Made by a program: the position numbers and the translations under genes. Shown one piece after another: positions 26,461-38,740 of a stretch of DNA of 64,000 nt. Numbering within the stretch: position 1 is the stretch's first letter; the number at the start of each line of letters is the position of its first letter. Where the stretch lies: contig MU061578.1 in the NCBI GenBank assembly GCA_013265495.1, forward strand, positions 2,365,308 through 2,429,307, written 5' to 3'. The notes below the pieces were generated by a model that saw only the letters and a program-made list of their open reading frames with translations, was not told where the DNA came from and ran no database searches. The DNA is from Vicugna vicugna. Its lineage: Eukaryota.

Positions 26461-27060
26461 ACGGTCCACACACACCAGAGAGGCCGGGCAGGAGCAATTC
26501 GGAAGGGGTTAAGTGCAGGGATTGTCTCTGCTACTGTACACCTGGATGGCAGGTGGGGGTGCACAGGAATCCACGTCTAGCACTATCCACAGTCACATGC
26601 CCTAAAGAGCCCGAGTCCAGCACCACAATGCAGAGCCCCACAGAGCTCAGAAAGCGTTCCTGTCTTGACCACGGGACAATCAGACAATGTTAAACTTCCT
26701 TCCCACTTTCCCAGCACCATGGAGTCCACCCTCACATCAAGAAGTAGAGACTAGCCTGTGGCCCCTCCCCCAGTCCCTGCTCCCCCAGATCTGCTCACCG
26801 GTAGACCTGGCCCTCGTCAGGGGGAGGCCCTCAGCTTTCACATCATGTACCGCAGGCTAAGACTCTGGCCCCAGTTGTTTCTAATAGAAATTCTCTGAGT
26901 GCCTGAGAACTTTTATTCTCCTCAAACACCGTTACGTCTCCAGCAAGATCAGTTTCAGGTGAAAACCACTCCTGGTGATTGATGACGGCGACCGAGGAGG
27001 CTGAAAAGGATGCAAAAGCAGTTTCAAACTCTAATCTGTTCACAAAATGCTTCTACTTAC

Positions 27061-27120
27061 TGAATCTTGTGAACTGTTCTTGGCACTGGAGAGGAGCGCT
27101 GAATTTCCAGGTGTGTAGTC
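27061..27120 (-). CDS. Candidate 60-nt internal exon of an unidentified large minus-strand gene (coding or 5' leader)
   Basis: Acceptor tatttttgtttgtttttgccag| and donor TCA|gtaagt; length is a multiple of 3; open in all three frames (DYTPGNSALLSSAKNSSQDS / TTHLEIQRSSPVPRTVHKI / LHTWKFSAPLQCQEQFTRF); non-repeat context. Confidence 0.5.
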
Positions 27121-27285
27121 CTGGCAAAAACAAACAAAAATAGATGGGGGGACCACGGTTGAGAAAAAAGTTCTAATTTGGAGTAACCCAGTTTAGCATG
27201 ATCCCTGAGTTCCTCATCACATTCAGCCACAGTGCACACTTGTCCCCCGCCCCCCAACTCTCTATCTCCAGGAAGGGGTCTAGAT

Positions 27286-27652
27286 ACACACTGCCCAATA
27301 CAGCAGCCACTGGCCACATATGGCCAGTCTGAATTGAAATGTGCTGGAGGTATATATTACACACTGGATTTTGAAGACACTAACGAAAAAAAAAAAAGGA
27401 ATGTAAAATGTCCCATTAATATTAATATCTCATTAATATTTTTATATCGATTATGTTAGAATGATAATAGTTAATAACATATTAAAATAAAGTATATTAT
27501 TGTATTTAAATATATAAATACATTATGAATATTTAAAGTAAAATATATTGTTACAATTAATTTCATCTGTTTCTTTTTACTTTTTAATATGTCTACTAGA
27601 GAAATTTAAATTGCACACATGGTTCTTGTGACATCTCTACTAGGCAGCGCTG
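27286..27652 (-). mobile_element. MER33 (hAT-Charlie MITE) with perfect 8-bp TSD
   Basis: Termini acacactgcccaata / taggcagcgctg; AT-rich core aattaatttcatctgtttctttttactttttaat; GTCTAGAT at 27278-27285 and 27653-27660. Confidence 0.92.
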
Positions 27653-27749
27653 GTCTAGATTCTTCTCCAAGTGTAAACAATCTATTCTAGTCTGAGGACA
27701 CATGTGGTCCCCTGAGAGCCACACCCAGCCGCCCTGTTACTTTCTGCTA

Positions 27750-27990
27750 TTTCACGCCAGCAATAGATCATGTTTATGGAGCATCTAGGATGCTGTGTGC
27801 TTAGTGCTCTTTGTGCATTTTCTTTAACCCTCACAAGGACATAAGAAGGAAGTTTCAATCTCAGCCTCACTTTACAGGTGCAGAAGCACAGAGAGGCTGA
27901 GAACTCATCCAAGGTAACTCAGCAGCAATGCCATAGACCCAGGGCTTGAACCAAGATGTTAGTGGATGGGTGTTAATCACTGTGGCCACA
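27750..27990 (-). mobile_element. MIR SINE
   Basis: tttaaccctcacaagg...cctcactttacaggtgcagaagcacagagagg...catccaaggtaactcagc. Confidence 0.8.
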
Positions 27991-28190
27991 TTCTCCCTCT
28001 GATGCCTTCATCCACTTTGTGACACGCAACCCATGGGAGCCTTTTACAAACAAATCACTATCCAAGACTGGGGAGCTGGCCCCCCAAAAGATGCCAGCAC
28101 TGCCTAAAGCTCAAAATGTTCATTAAATGAAAGTCATTGGGGTTTTGCTTTGAGTCACCTCTTAAACCTCCTGGGCAAAAAAGAGAAAGG

Positions 28191-28230
28191 CGTGTGTGTA
28201 TGTGTGTGTGTGCGCGCGTGCACGCATGTA
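28191..28230. repeat. Alternating purine-pyrimidine (TG)n(CG)n run
   Basis: cgtgtgtgtatgtgtgtgtgtgcgcgcgtgcacgcatgta, followed by a degenerate (GAGACA)n tract. Confidence 0.9.
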
Positions 28231-29639
28231 TTCACATGAGAGAGATCAAGATAGAGACAGAGACACAGAGACCAAATGAGACAGAGATAAAAAACAGGAA
28301 GAGAGACAGACAGAAAAAGAGCTACACCAGCCACAGTTTCTCAGGCCCACCCACACAGTCCTGAGAGCACCATTTCTGTAAATAGTCCTGAACTTGCACA
28401 GAGAAGACGGACACTGCTTGTCATTTCCTTTTTGCAGTTTTCCCAGAGTCAGGGGTCACAGAACAAGCTGATGAACAGAAAATCAAAATTGTATTTGTAC
28501 CTCTGCTACCTCTACATGGAGAGTGGTCTTCATGCCACCACCACCACCCCCCCACATTGCTGAAATGAATGAAGGAATTAAGGAAAGAAGGAAGGAAGGA
28601 GGGGATGGACTTAAGTACAACCATGGATCCCCTTCCAGTGACTGCCTAAAGCAGCAGACTGAGTGGGAGAGAAAGGGAAAGATGTTGCCAAAAAAGGGGT
28701 GATTTTTCTGACAGGTGCACACATTCTTCTTTGACAGGTGTCCTTTGGCCTGAGAATAGCTGTTTTTTGTTGCTTCCTTCTTGGCCCCATGTAGTATAGA
28801 TGAGCCAACTAAAAGCTGTGCTTGAATGATGAATTCAGCCCAACGGTAGCCAGCGGATAAGATCCAAGTGTTACAGATCCCCTGGGATCCCTGTCTGCTG
28901 CATGGTCCTTTCTTTGAAAGGGACCCTGCTGCCACAGCTGTGCCAGGTGACCAATCCCTCTGCCCACTTCCAGCCAGTCTAGGGAGGCACAGCTGCCCCA
29001 AGCAGCACCAGTCATGGGTTCTCTCAGGAACAGGAATCAAGACAGATGGAAACTGTCACCAGGCTCCAGGAGTCTGAAGCACTTTCATTCAAAGCTAGCA
29101 CTGGGTCCTTAACAACTGCCAGCTCTGGGAAGGTGAATTTAGGGTTGAGCCAAAATGGAGAGCCTCCCAGAGGATGAGGATTAGAAGAGACAAAGCCCCC
29201 AGGTGAGCCATTCCTCCCATAGTGTCCACTGGGAAGAGACAACTTACTTGCATTCAGTATGATCTTACCTGGGAACCTCATCACCTGAGGAACTCCTATC
29301 CAGCTGTCCCTGCAGAGCCTCTTCCTTCTCTCTGCCCTCTCCTCAATTCCCACCCCCTCCCAGCAGCCAGAGGCCTCCCCTCCCTACATGTCTGGGTCTG
29401 GGGTCCCAGAGTCCCAGGCTCTACTCTGCTGACTATCTCTCACTGTACCCTACTTTCTTCTCAGATCAGTTAGCATGAGCAGAGGCACCTTCACCCTAGA
29501 AGACGGAGGTGGCACCAACTCAGTCTCCTTCCTCTGAAAACTCTTTCTGCCCTTCCCACCTCTTGCAGACCTTTTCATACCCTGTAATGAATGGTGTGAG
29601 TACCTGCCTGGACTTGTAGCTCTGCAGCCTGCATTTTCC

Positions 29640-30620
29640 AAAGCAAAAAATTAAAGTAACTCCTTGATTTGTGGACATAGTATACTCAATCAAATCATAT
29701 AGGTTTTTATCATCTCAGAGAGGTGAACATCTTTCTAATCAAAACCCAGAATCCATAAAATTAAAAATTTTGAAAAAAAAAGTTTTCTGCATGAAAAATA
29801 ATCTCATAAAGTGAAAGATAACAAAGGATATTATGGAGGAAAGTTATAATTCAAAGGAAAAAACAAGCAAAGGAGATATACAGCCAGTTCACAAAGGACG
29901 TGGTGGTGCAAGTGTCCATTATTGACATTAAGAGATCCTTGACTTCACACATAACAAACAAAATGCAAATTAAGGTGATGAATTTTTTTTTAACCAAGAT
30001 TGCCAAAGATAAAAGCTGGACAAAGTATCGAGGTCATAAGAGGGCAGAGAAACACGTATTCTGTTACATAGTAGAATTATACACTGGTCAGCATTTTAAA
30101 AGTTGATACTATTTAAACTGGCAATTCCATTTCTTGGAATCTCTGCTATAGAATGTCTGCACATGTGGAAAATGTCCAATGCCAAGGATATTTGTTAAAG
30201 TAAAAATTTTGTAATTACAAAATATTGGGAGCAACATAAATTTCCATTATTCAGAGATGAAGTAAATGAGTTATGGTGTATCCAGACACCTCCAATAAAG
30301 ATCATGAGGTAGCTGGATACAGAATGATAGGGAAAAACAGTAAAATGTAGAATGGTATGTATAGCACATCACAATCTGTTCAGTGTTTTAAGGATATATG
30401 CATATGTACCACATGCACTGAAATCTCCAGAAGATAGATAAGAAATGGGCTTAAAAAAAAAAAAAGCCTAATTGTGGGGAGAAGAACTAGTTGGCTGAGT
30501 AGGATGGAAAAGGAGAGACACTAATTTCATTCTTCTGACTCATGAATTGTGTACTCTAATTATCAACTGAAATTTTTATTTTACATTAAAATTTTGATTT
30601 TATTTTGAAAAGAAAATAAT
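29640..30620 (+). mobile_element. Highly decayed L1ME-type ORF2 3' end and 3' UTR
   Basis: A-rich; aaaatgcaaattaag, gcaattccatttcttggaatct, gagttatggtgtatcca motifs. Confidence 0.75.
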
Positions 30621-33619
30621 TTAAGGCAATAGCATACAGAAATACTAGCAGAGCTCTTTGGGTAGAGATTCATATCTAGATATTTTCTGGAAAAAAAATT
30701 AGCTTGCATAATGTATCAAATGATTTAAGGTCACCTTTGAGGACAATAGCCCTGTCAAATGCAGGAATGTTGGCATTGGGAGGGAATATGTTAAGGTTTT
30801 TGCCAGCAAATTCAATTATATGACACACAAGCTACACTCACTCCTCTTGTTCCCAGGGCAGGCAGTATTAATCAAGTGCAGCATTTTCCTGCAGAGCCCT
30901 GATGCAGTCTCAGAATCCATCCCAATGTGCTCAGAAATGCTACCCCATTGTACATACTGCCACGCCAGCTGAAACCAAACCCCATCCCTGGTAGGGCAGC
31001 CACAGGGCAAAGCCAAAAACCTGGAAGCAGGGTCTCCATCCACATGGTTCCTCAACAACTCTGGGGCCTGGGTGCAAAGTTATATCATCAGCCTCTCAGC
31101 ACCCTGGTTCAAGAGACAGCCAACTTACCAAGGCCCATCTTCTGAAAATGTCATCCGGGCCCCACCTGCCATCCCTAAATCAAACTGCCAGAGCCCTTCT
31201 GAGTAAAGGCTGGTTAACCTTCAGCAAGGAACTCGGGCTCCCTTGTTTCCTCTAACTTAGAGAATTCCGTGTAAATGTCAGATTAAGCTTTTCAGCCCTC
31301 TGCTTTTAAAATGGGAGATAAAATTTAGCTCCTATTCCCAGATGTTAAAATCTCTGCTTCTCCCCAGGGCAAAGAAATCAATGTGAGTAAGCTCCGTATT
31401 TTTTTCCCTTGGAACACGACCACTTCCAGCAATTTATTTGACTGACTATGCCTTCTATTACCATGTAAATTGTTTCAGACTGCAGGGGAAAAAAAAGTAT
31501 TAATCTCCTCTCAGTAAGTCATAAAATAAAGAAATCAATTTCAAGGTCAATTTAGCCCAAATAACACCTGCTGCCCTTTTTTGTAACATGCAGACTCCTC
31601 CGAAATGTTAGGCTGTTGTCTAAGGCATCAACATGCAGCTATGGAAAACTGGGTTTCACATCAGTCAGGGCAGCACCAGGGGAGAATCTAGTCCCCTGGC
31701 CCAATGACTCTGAGGGTGAATTTGGGAAGGATAGAGTTAAAAGGACTCAGATAAATGACCCTCTGCAGGTCAGAGGAAGGGAATGGAAAGAGAGATGCAA
31801 TGGGGTTCAGGTAGAATTGGGATCCAGGAAGGAGTCTGGCTGAGTTGCTGTGTGACTCTAGGAAAGTTATTTAACCTCTCTGAGCTTCAGAATCTATATC
31901 TGTAAAGTACTTAAAATTAAAAAAAAAAAACCTGAAAATAAAATGAAGGCTAGGTCATCTTTCAGGACCCTTTAATCTAGTCCTTTGTGGACTTTGTCAA
32001 AGGTTAGACACCCAGGGTTTTGTAGCTACCCTCCATCAAGAGACAGCAGAATACAAAAGAAAAAAGCAACCTGTGCAAAAAAGTTTTCAAATGGTATCAT
32101 TAAAGTTAGCATTCAATAGACAGTTACACAATCTTTAAAATATCTGTGATGTGTACAAAAACATGGAAATGTGTGTGAGCTTACCTGAAAAAAGGGACAC
32201 AAATTATATACACACTATGATTACATCTCTACACTAACATGTTCCAATATGGAAAAGAAGAACATGAAAGGCCATAGAGATGTGTACATAGCTCTTGTTC
32301 GAATAAACCAGTTATAAATGTGGAGCGGGGGGGAGACAGACAGAGAGAGACAGAGCAGTGTAGCAACAAAGGAAACAGGATCTGGAGTCTGACTGCTGGT
32401 CCTAATTCCATCTGTGAGTACCTGACTTTGGACAAGATACCTAACTCCTAGGTCCTGAGTTTCTTCATCTGGAAGATGAGAGTAATGATGTTACCTATTT
32501 CTAGAAAGACAGAACCATCGTACTCATAGTGGAGGAGGAAATTGGACTCAGGAGGCTGAGACTGGCCCAAGGTAACACAACTTAGGAGAGGCAGGGCAGG
32601 TCTGATCCGTGGGACCCCTGCATCCAAGCCGTTGCACCTCCCCACCCCAAATACTGCCGTTTGATTTTCCTGGTCTCATGGTGAATAAGGCGCCACATAA
32701 GCCACAGAACCCTAAGAAGGTGGTTGCAGCACCCACAAGACTTTCTCTGGAAAGTCTCTTCTGGGTGAACGAGGCACTTCCATGGCACACCCCAATTCCC
32801 ATGACCACCCCAAAACCCACCCATGAAGAGGCCACAGAATGGGGTCAGCAGCTTCCTGGAGGTGGTCCAGGACCCAGGAGAGAGGGAGGCCCATCACTGA
32901 GATCTCTCCCACCAGGAATCTTCCCACCTAGTCCTGCCCTTACCTGACTCATGGTTTCACGTAGGATTTGGTTTTTCAACTACTTTCAGGTGCCCCTGGG
33001 ATGCCATGATATCCAGGTGGCCCCAAACCATTCTCTCTTCATTTCTGCAAAAGCCAGCCCCATATTCCCACCTGCCAAGCCACAGCACTCTACCTGTGAA
33101 ACGCCTCTACCTGTGGGACGCCTGTTCTGCTGTGGCAGCCCCGATGCTCATGCCTGAAGTCAGAGCACATTCATCACAGTGGCTCCAACTAAGCAGGGTG
33201 TCCCTGACTCCACTTTCTCTCCTCTGAAGTCCATTCTCTACACCAAAGGGATGGTCTTCAAGTATAAATTGGTTCATGTCACTCCCACTTAAACACCCTG
33301 CCAGCTACCCCCACCCCCCACCCCAGGTCACGGGAACACTGCAGAGTGTTGCTCATCATTTACATGGGGACGCATCCAGGTCTGTCTCCTTAAAACATGT
33401 CACTCAGTCGCAAAGACACTGAACAGACCACATCTGACAAAACTAGCCCTGGTGCAGGTACAGAGGAAGTGCCAGACATTCTGGGACATAAGGCTAAAAG
33501 AACAACACTCAGTTAACTGAGCATTTACCATGTGCTTCAATGTATGAAGGCACAGCTAGTCCCCTGTCAGAAGCCGGAAGGGAACATGGGCTCTGTGCCA
33601 CAGATCCCAGCCACTTTCC

Positions 33620-34570
33620 TTAAAAACAGTTTTATTGAGATATAATTCAATTTGCTCATTTAAAGTGTACCCCTCAGTGGTTTTTGGCATATTCACAGAT
33701 GTATGCACCTATCACCACCATCATCTTTAGAACATTTTTGTCAACTCAAAAAGAAACCTTTTACCCTTTAGTTATCACCCGCTCTCCCTCCTTACCCACC
33801 AGCCCTTGATAACCACTGATCTAATTTATCTCTGTGGAGTACCTCAATCTGGCTTTGACAAAATGGAATCCAACAGTATGTGGCCTTTTGTGACTGGCAT
33901 AATGTTGTCAAGGTTGATCCAAGTTGTAGCATGTAGCAGGGCTTCGTTCCTTTTTTATGGCTGAAAAATATTCCGTTGTGTGGATAGACCACATTTTGTT
34001 TATCCACTAATCTGTTAATAGACATTTGGGTTGTTTCTACCTTTTGGCTATTGTGAGTAATGCTGCTATAAACAACATTTGTGTACAGGTTTTTATGAGG
34101 ACATATGTTTCAACTCTCTTGGGTATACACCTAGGAGAAGAATTGCTGGGTCATATGGTAACTCATATGGCAAAACATAATGGTCATATGGCTTAACTGT
34201 TTTCCAAAGCAGCTGCACCATTTTACATTCCCATCAACAGTGCATGAGGGTTCCGATTTCTCCACATTCTCATCAATACTTGTTATTACCTGTGTCTTTG
34301 ATTACAGCCAACCTAGTGGGTATGAAGTGATGTCTTAGTGCAGTTTTGATTTGCATCTCCCTGATGACTGACGATGTTGAACATATTTTCATATGCTTGT
34401 TGGCCATTTGTGCATCTTCTTTGGAGAATTATCTATTCTGATCCTTCGCCCATTTTTAAACTGGGTTATCTGTATATAACTGAGTTGTAAGAGTTCATTT
34501 TACATTCTAGATACAGGTCCCTTATCAGATAGATCATTGGCAGATATTGGGGCTGTCTGGTCACTTCTGA
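33620..34570 (-). mobile_element. L1MB-type 3' fragment (about 950 bp)
   Basis: cagttttattgagatataattc...gacatttgggttgtttctaccttttggctattg...gcaccattttacattccc...catcttctttggag. Confidence 0.93.
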
Positions 34571-34734
34571 AAAATGTCTTACAGTAAAGCAGCTGGTCAT
34601 GTCTGTTACAGATAAGCAACCAATGGGGCAATGTCATAGCACCTTCTAGGAGCTTTCTATCCTGGCTCCCTCAGAGGGTTAGGACCTGGACATGTGTTTT
34701 AGGGGCCACTATTCAACCCTTTCTACAGACAAAC

Positions 34735-34862
34735 AAAAAAATGTCAGAACCCGAGCCCACACAAATCAAGCCAGGCTCTCTGGAGGTGAAGCAGGAGTTT
34801 GGGTAATTCTTAAACCTCCCAGGTGATGACAAGGTTCTACCAGGCTGTGAACTGTGGGTCTA
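34735..34862. mobile_element. MER5A-like fragment
   Basis: ctctctggaggtgaagcagg...taaacctcccaggtgat; preceded by a short MLT1 terminus (about 34670-34727). Confidence 0.55.
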
Positions 34863-35136
34863 ACTCCAGAGAAGATGCTCTGGTGATTCCAGAGGGCCTG
34901 TCCTTTGCAGAGTCAAGTTCACCCCATGGGGTGGCAGGACATGTGCAGGTAGCAGAGCCAGATTCCCAACTAGGAGATCCTATAGTTTTCATTCACCATG
35001 GCAGCTCCTAAACCTCCAACTGCTCCCTCCAGGGAGAGAAAACTGAGTCAAGACATGGGACATTCACAAAGGAAAAAACCAATTAAGCACAGAGGGCAGT
35101 CATGGATCCCAGACAATGTCTGCAAAGTTTAAAAAT

Positions 35137-35583
35137 CACAAATAGAGCCAAAAGGTGGAAACAACCCATATGTTCATCAAGGAATGAATGGATAAAAAGA
35201 CAGAGTCCATCCATGCAATGGAATGTTATTCAACCATAAAAAGAAATGAAATTCTAACTAATGCCACAACAAGGGTGAACTTTGGAAATACACTAAATGA
35301 AATAAGCCAGATAGAAAGGCCACATAGCGTATGATTCCATTGACATGAGATGTCCAGAATAGGCAAATCTTTAGAGACAGAAAGCAAACTATGGGTTTTG
35401 AGGGGCTGGGGGGAGCTAAATGGATAGAAGTTTTTGGGGGCAGAGCTGAATATATTTTAGAACTAGAAAGAGATGATATTGGCAAAATATTGTGAATGAC
35501 CATGAATGTACTAAATGTCATCGAATTGTTCACTTTGAAATGATTAACTTTATGTTATGTAATTTTTTACCTTTTTTTTAAAA
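35137..35583 (+). mobile_element. L1MB-type 3' fragment
   Basis: gccaaaaggtggaaacaaccca...atgattccatt...tgtccagaataggcaaatctttagagacagaaagc...aattgttcactttgaaatg. Confidence 0.93.
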
Positions 35584-36684
35584 TAAGACCCCCCCAAAAA
35601 AATCCAACAGACCCAGACATCTGTGTCTCTTTGCACTGCCTTGACCATATTTCTTTCAAATGGAAATAAATATATAAAACCACACTTCTACATACATCCA
35701 TACAATCAAGAGAAGCGCTCTCCTCTATTCATCTCAAAAAACATCAAAATTAATAGGGTCTGTATCAGGAATGTCTAATAGAGTTACCAACTCACTGAAT
35801 TAAGAAACAAGCATGAGCAGGAGCAGAACTGGGGTCCCCACAGCACGAGGGGAATTTGTCTCATGTGAGCGAGTGAGATGCAGTCAACGGCAGCCCCTCC
35901 TCTCATCCATCCATGGTGCAGGGACGGCCTCTGACGCCCAAGGGTACCTGACAGCCAGGAGACAACAGCCACCTGTTCATGCTGCTGTGAGAGGGGAGAG
36001 TTTGGAGATCAGAAGCTGGAGAGGAATGATAAAAACTAGTCTGGGAAAGAAGCAACGCTTCATCGCCGTGCCCTTGTGAGGAAACTTATGGCATGAAAAG
36101 TGTCCACTGGCACACGGGCAACAATATCTAATGAGATGAGGGGAGATGGGACATACAGAAGTCCCGGCAAAAACGCTGGGAGATGCTGCGTGGAGATGAA
36201 GGAGGGCATTAGTGATGCAAGAGGGAACTCAGACATATTTCTGGCTCGAGACACTGAACACAGCACTCAAGTTTTCCCAAGGACGAGAGCAGCAGGGGCG
36301 CTCATGAAGGAGACGTGGGTTATTACAGGAGCTTTTGCAAAATGAAGTCGGGGGAATGGCGAAATAAGTGAAGTGTTAAATAAATATTTCCTGAAAGGAA
36401 TCATGAGGGAGAACACTAAAATTAGGATGTCTGACAAGGGCTTTTTATCCAATCTGCCCAGGATTTCTTCAGGGTTCCTGGGAGAGACATTGTCAGTAAC
36501 CCACACGACATCATGGGCCATTTGTGCAGAAATGTGACAGCTGGAGCACGGAGTACTGGGCAGGTTGATTAGAGGAACATGGACCGGACCCAATGGAACC
36601 AGAGATGCCTGGGGCAACCTGAGATCTCTCGGCTAATCCTGGAGGCAAGTCCCTGCAAAGGAAGAGGGCACCAGCTTGAGAATC

Positions 36685-37560
36685 ACTACGTTGCAGAGGT
36701 TAAGAGAATCGGCTGTCGTTCAAGCACCCTGCTGTGCCTTTGAGTGGATGCATGACCTTGAATAGCTGTCTCCATTTCCCTGAGCCTCAGCTTCCCCATC
36801 TAGAACAGGGACGACAGCCCTCATCACAAGAGGCTAGTCAATGAGATGATCATAGCTGTTATCAACGTCATTTCACAGAGAGGAAATTGAGGCCCAGAAT
36901 GGTTAAATAACATCCCTGGATGTCCCTAGTCTATGTATTGGCTTTTGCTGTGTGTATGGCATTCTGCAGCAAAAACTCTGCATGAACCATATCCTTTGAT
37001 CTCTAGAACAACCTATGAGACTCAGGAGCCAAGCTGGACTTCTCCCTACCTGTGTGACCTTGGGCATGTTATATAACCTCTCTGTGCCTTTCATTTCCTT
37101 CTCCAGAGGACTGCTGTGAGACTAACTGAGTCACCAGGTATAAAGGTCTGAGACTAGCACCTGGCACATGCTTAATAAATGTGACTATCAATATTATTAC
37201 TATTAGCTCATCTTATCAACAAGGCTCAGAGAGGGTAAGTGAGTTGCCTAAGTTTGCTTGGCTACATGAGCACTTAGCTGATATGGGACAGAGCCTGTCG
37301 GACCATAGCTCCCACTCTCCTTTCCTTTGCATCACCCAAGAGGCACTTGGGGCCTAATTGGCAACTGCCTCTTCTGGGAAATTCCCAGGCCCACCTGTGA
37401 CACTGCACGGCGGAGAGGTAAAGATGTTATGCTTTGGAACCAGACAGGCCTGGGTTCGAGTCCCAGCTCTGCTCTCACTTTGACATGTGACCATGGAGGG
37501 TGTGTCTCTCTGTCTTGGTTTCATCATCTTTAAGGAGGGCGGGGACCATAATAGCTTATC
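36685..37560. mobile_element. Cluster of MIR fragments in alternating orientation
   Basis: Several cores: cctgagcctcagcttccccatct (+), atttcacagagaggaaattgaggcccag (-), ctgtgtgaccttgggc (+), aggctcagagagggtaagtga (-), gggttcgagtcccagctct (+). Confidence 0.8.
37372..37388. promoter_or_regulatory. Overlapping STAT (GAS) and NF-kB motifs
   Basis: TTCTGGGAA (TTCN3GAA, 37372-37380) overlaps GGGAAATTCCC (37376-37386). Confidence 0.35.
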
Positions 37561-38129
37561 AATCCCTCATTACGTGGTAGCATCAATGCTTTCTGCTGAC
37601 TTCAGTCAATGCCATGTGGAAGGTGAGACTGATTTTACTAAGCTGTTGTCACTGCCTCCTCGCATTTGGCTGCTCTGGGTGCACGCAGAGTCCTTGCTAG
37701 GGCTGCGCCTCCCCCTCCTCAGCCCAGCTCTACCCCGTGGCCCACGAGCAGTTTGCCTCCACCACTGGCCAACAAGAACAGCTTCGTGGGAGTGTAGGCT
37801 GGGGTTCGGGGGAGGCGGGGTGTAAGCCAAGTCCCCAGGATTACGGCTCCCTCGAGACTGCCTCCCTGCAGAAGAGGGAACCGTCAGCTCTTTTAACAGT
37901 GAAATAATTGCAAGTTTGAATGTGGATTCGATGCCGAACAACTGCAATTAGAAGCCACCTTCTGTTCGCAACAACTGCTGCTTAAATGTAATCCTGGCCT
38001 CGTGCACAGACCCCAAATGAGTGTCTCAGTTTTGCTTTCAACTACACTTACCAATCTACACTAGAGCGTCCTCGCTTCCTTTCTTAAGGCTCACGTTGCT
38101 CCTACCTCCTGGTGCTTCTCTCTGTTCCT

Positions 38130-38740
38130 AGATCAAGTTCAAATGCCCTACAAGGGACAAAAAGGACTTGTGTATGGTCTGCCCCTCAGCTCCCTTCTTC
38201 ATCTTCTTTCTCCACCCTTGACCCTCTCCCTCTCTGAGCTCCAGTTATATCTATTGTCACCCTCACTTGGAAAGCTCTCCAGTTGTTTGCTGTTGAACTC
38301 CTACACATCCTTTAGGCCACAGTCCAAACATCACCTCCTCCAGGAAGCCTTCTGTGATGTGCCACATCAGGTAAGTATCCCCTGTGATACACCCTTGTAG
38401 CATCATGTACATCCCTGGCCCTTCCTAAAGCTTGTGATTACTAACTTGCATTAGTTATTTGCATCATTTGCAAAATTATTAAGTGGATAATTGTCTCCCT
38501 CCAAGAATTGTGTCCTATCTGTGTCCCATGGACCCTGCTTTTTCTACTCCCAGAGCAGTCTCCACTGGCACACAGAAGGTGTCACTACCTATGTGTTGAG
38601 TGTATTGGATCATGCAAATGGTTTATTCTCCCTAATGAGTACAACCTGCTCAAGATGGGGCCTGGGTCTTAGCTGTATTTCAGTTCCTCCTGAAATCTAG
38701 CACAGTCCCTGACATGTAAAAAGTGCTCTGTCTGAATTGG
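38130..38740 (+). mobile_element. L2 3' region
   Basis: aactcctacacatcctttagg...catcacctcctccaggaagccttc...actggcacacagaagg. Confidence 0.75.

Noticed and set aside
26130..26693. 187-aa ORF
   Set aside because: Starts at a non-ATG codon and runs through a hAT-Charlie fossil; no protein resemblance.
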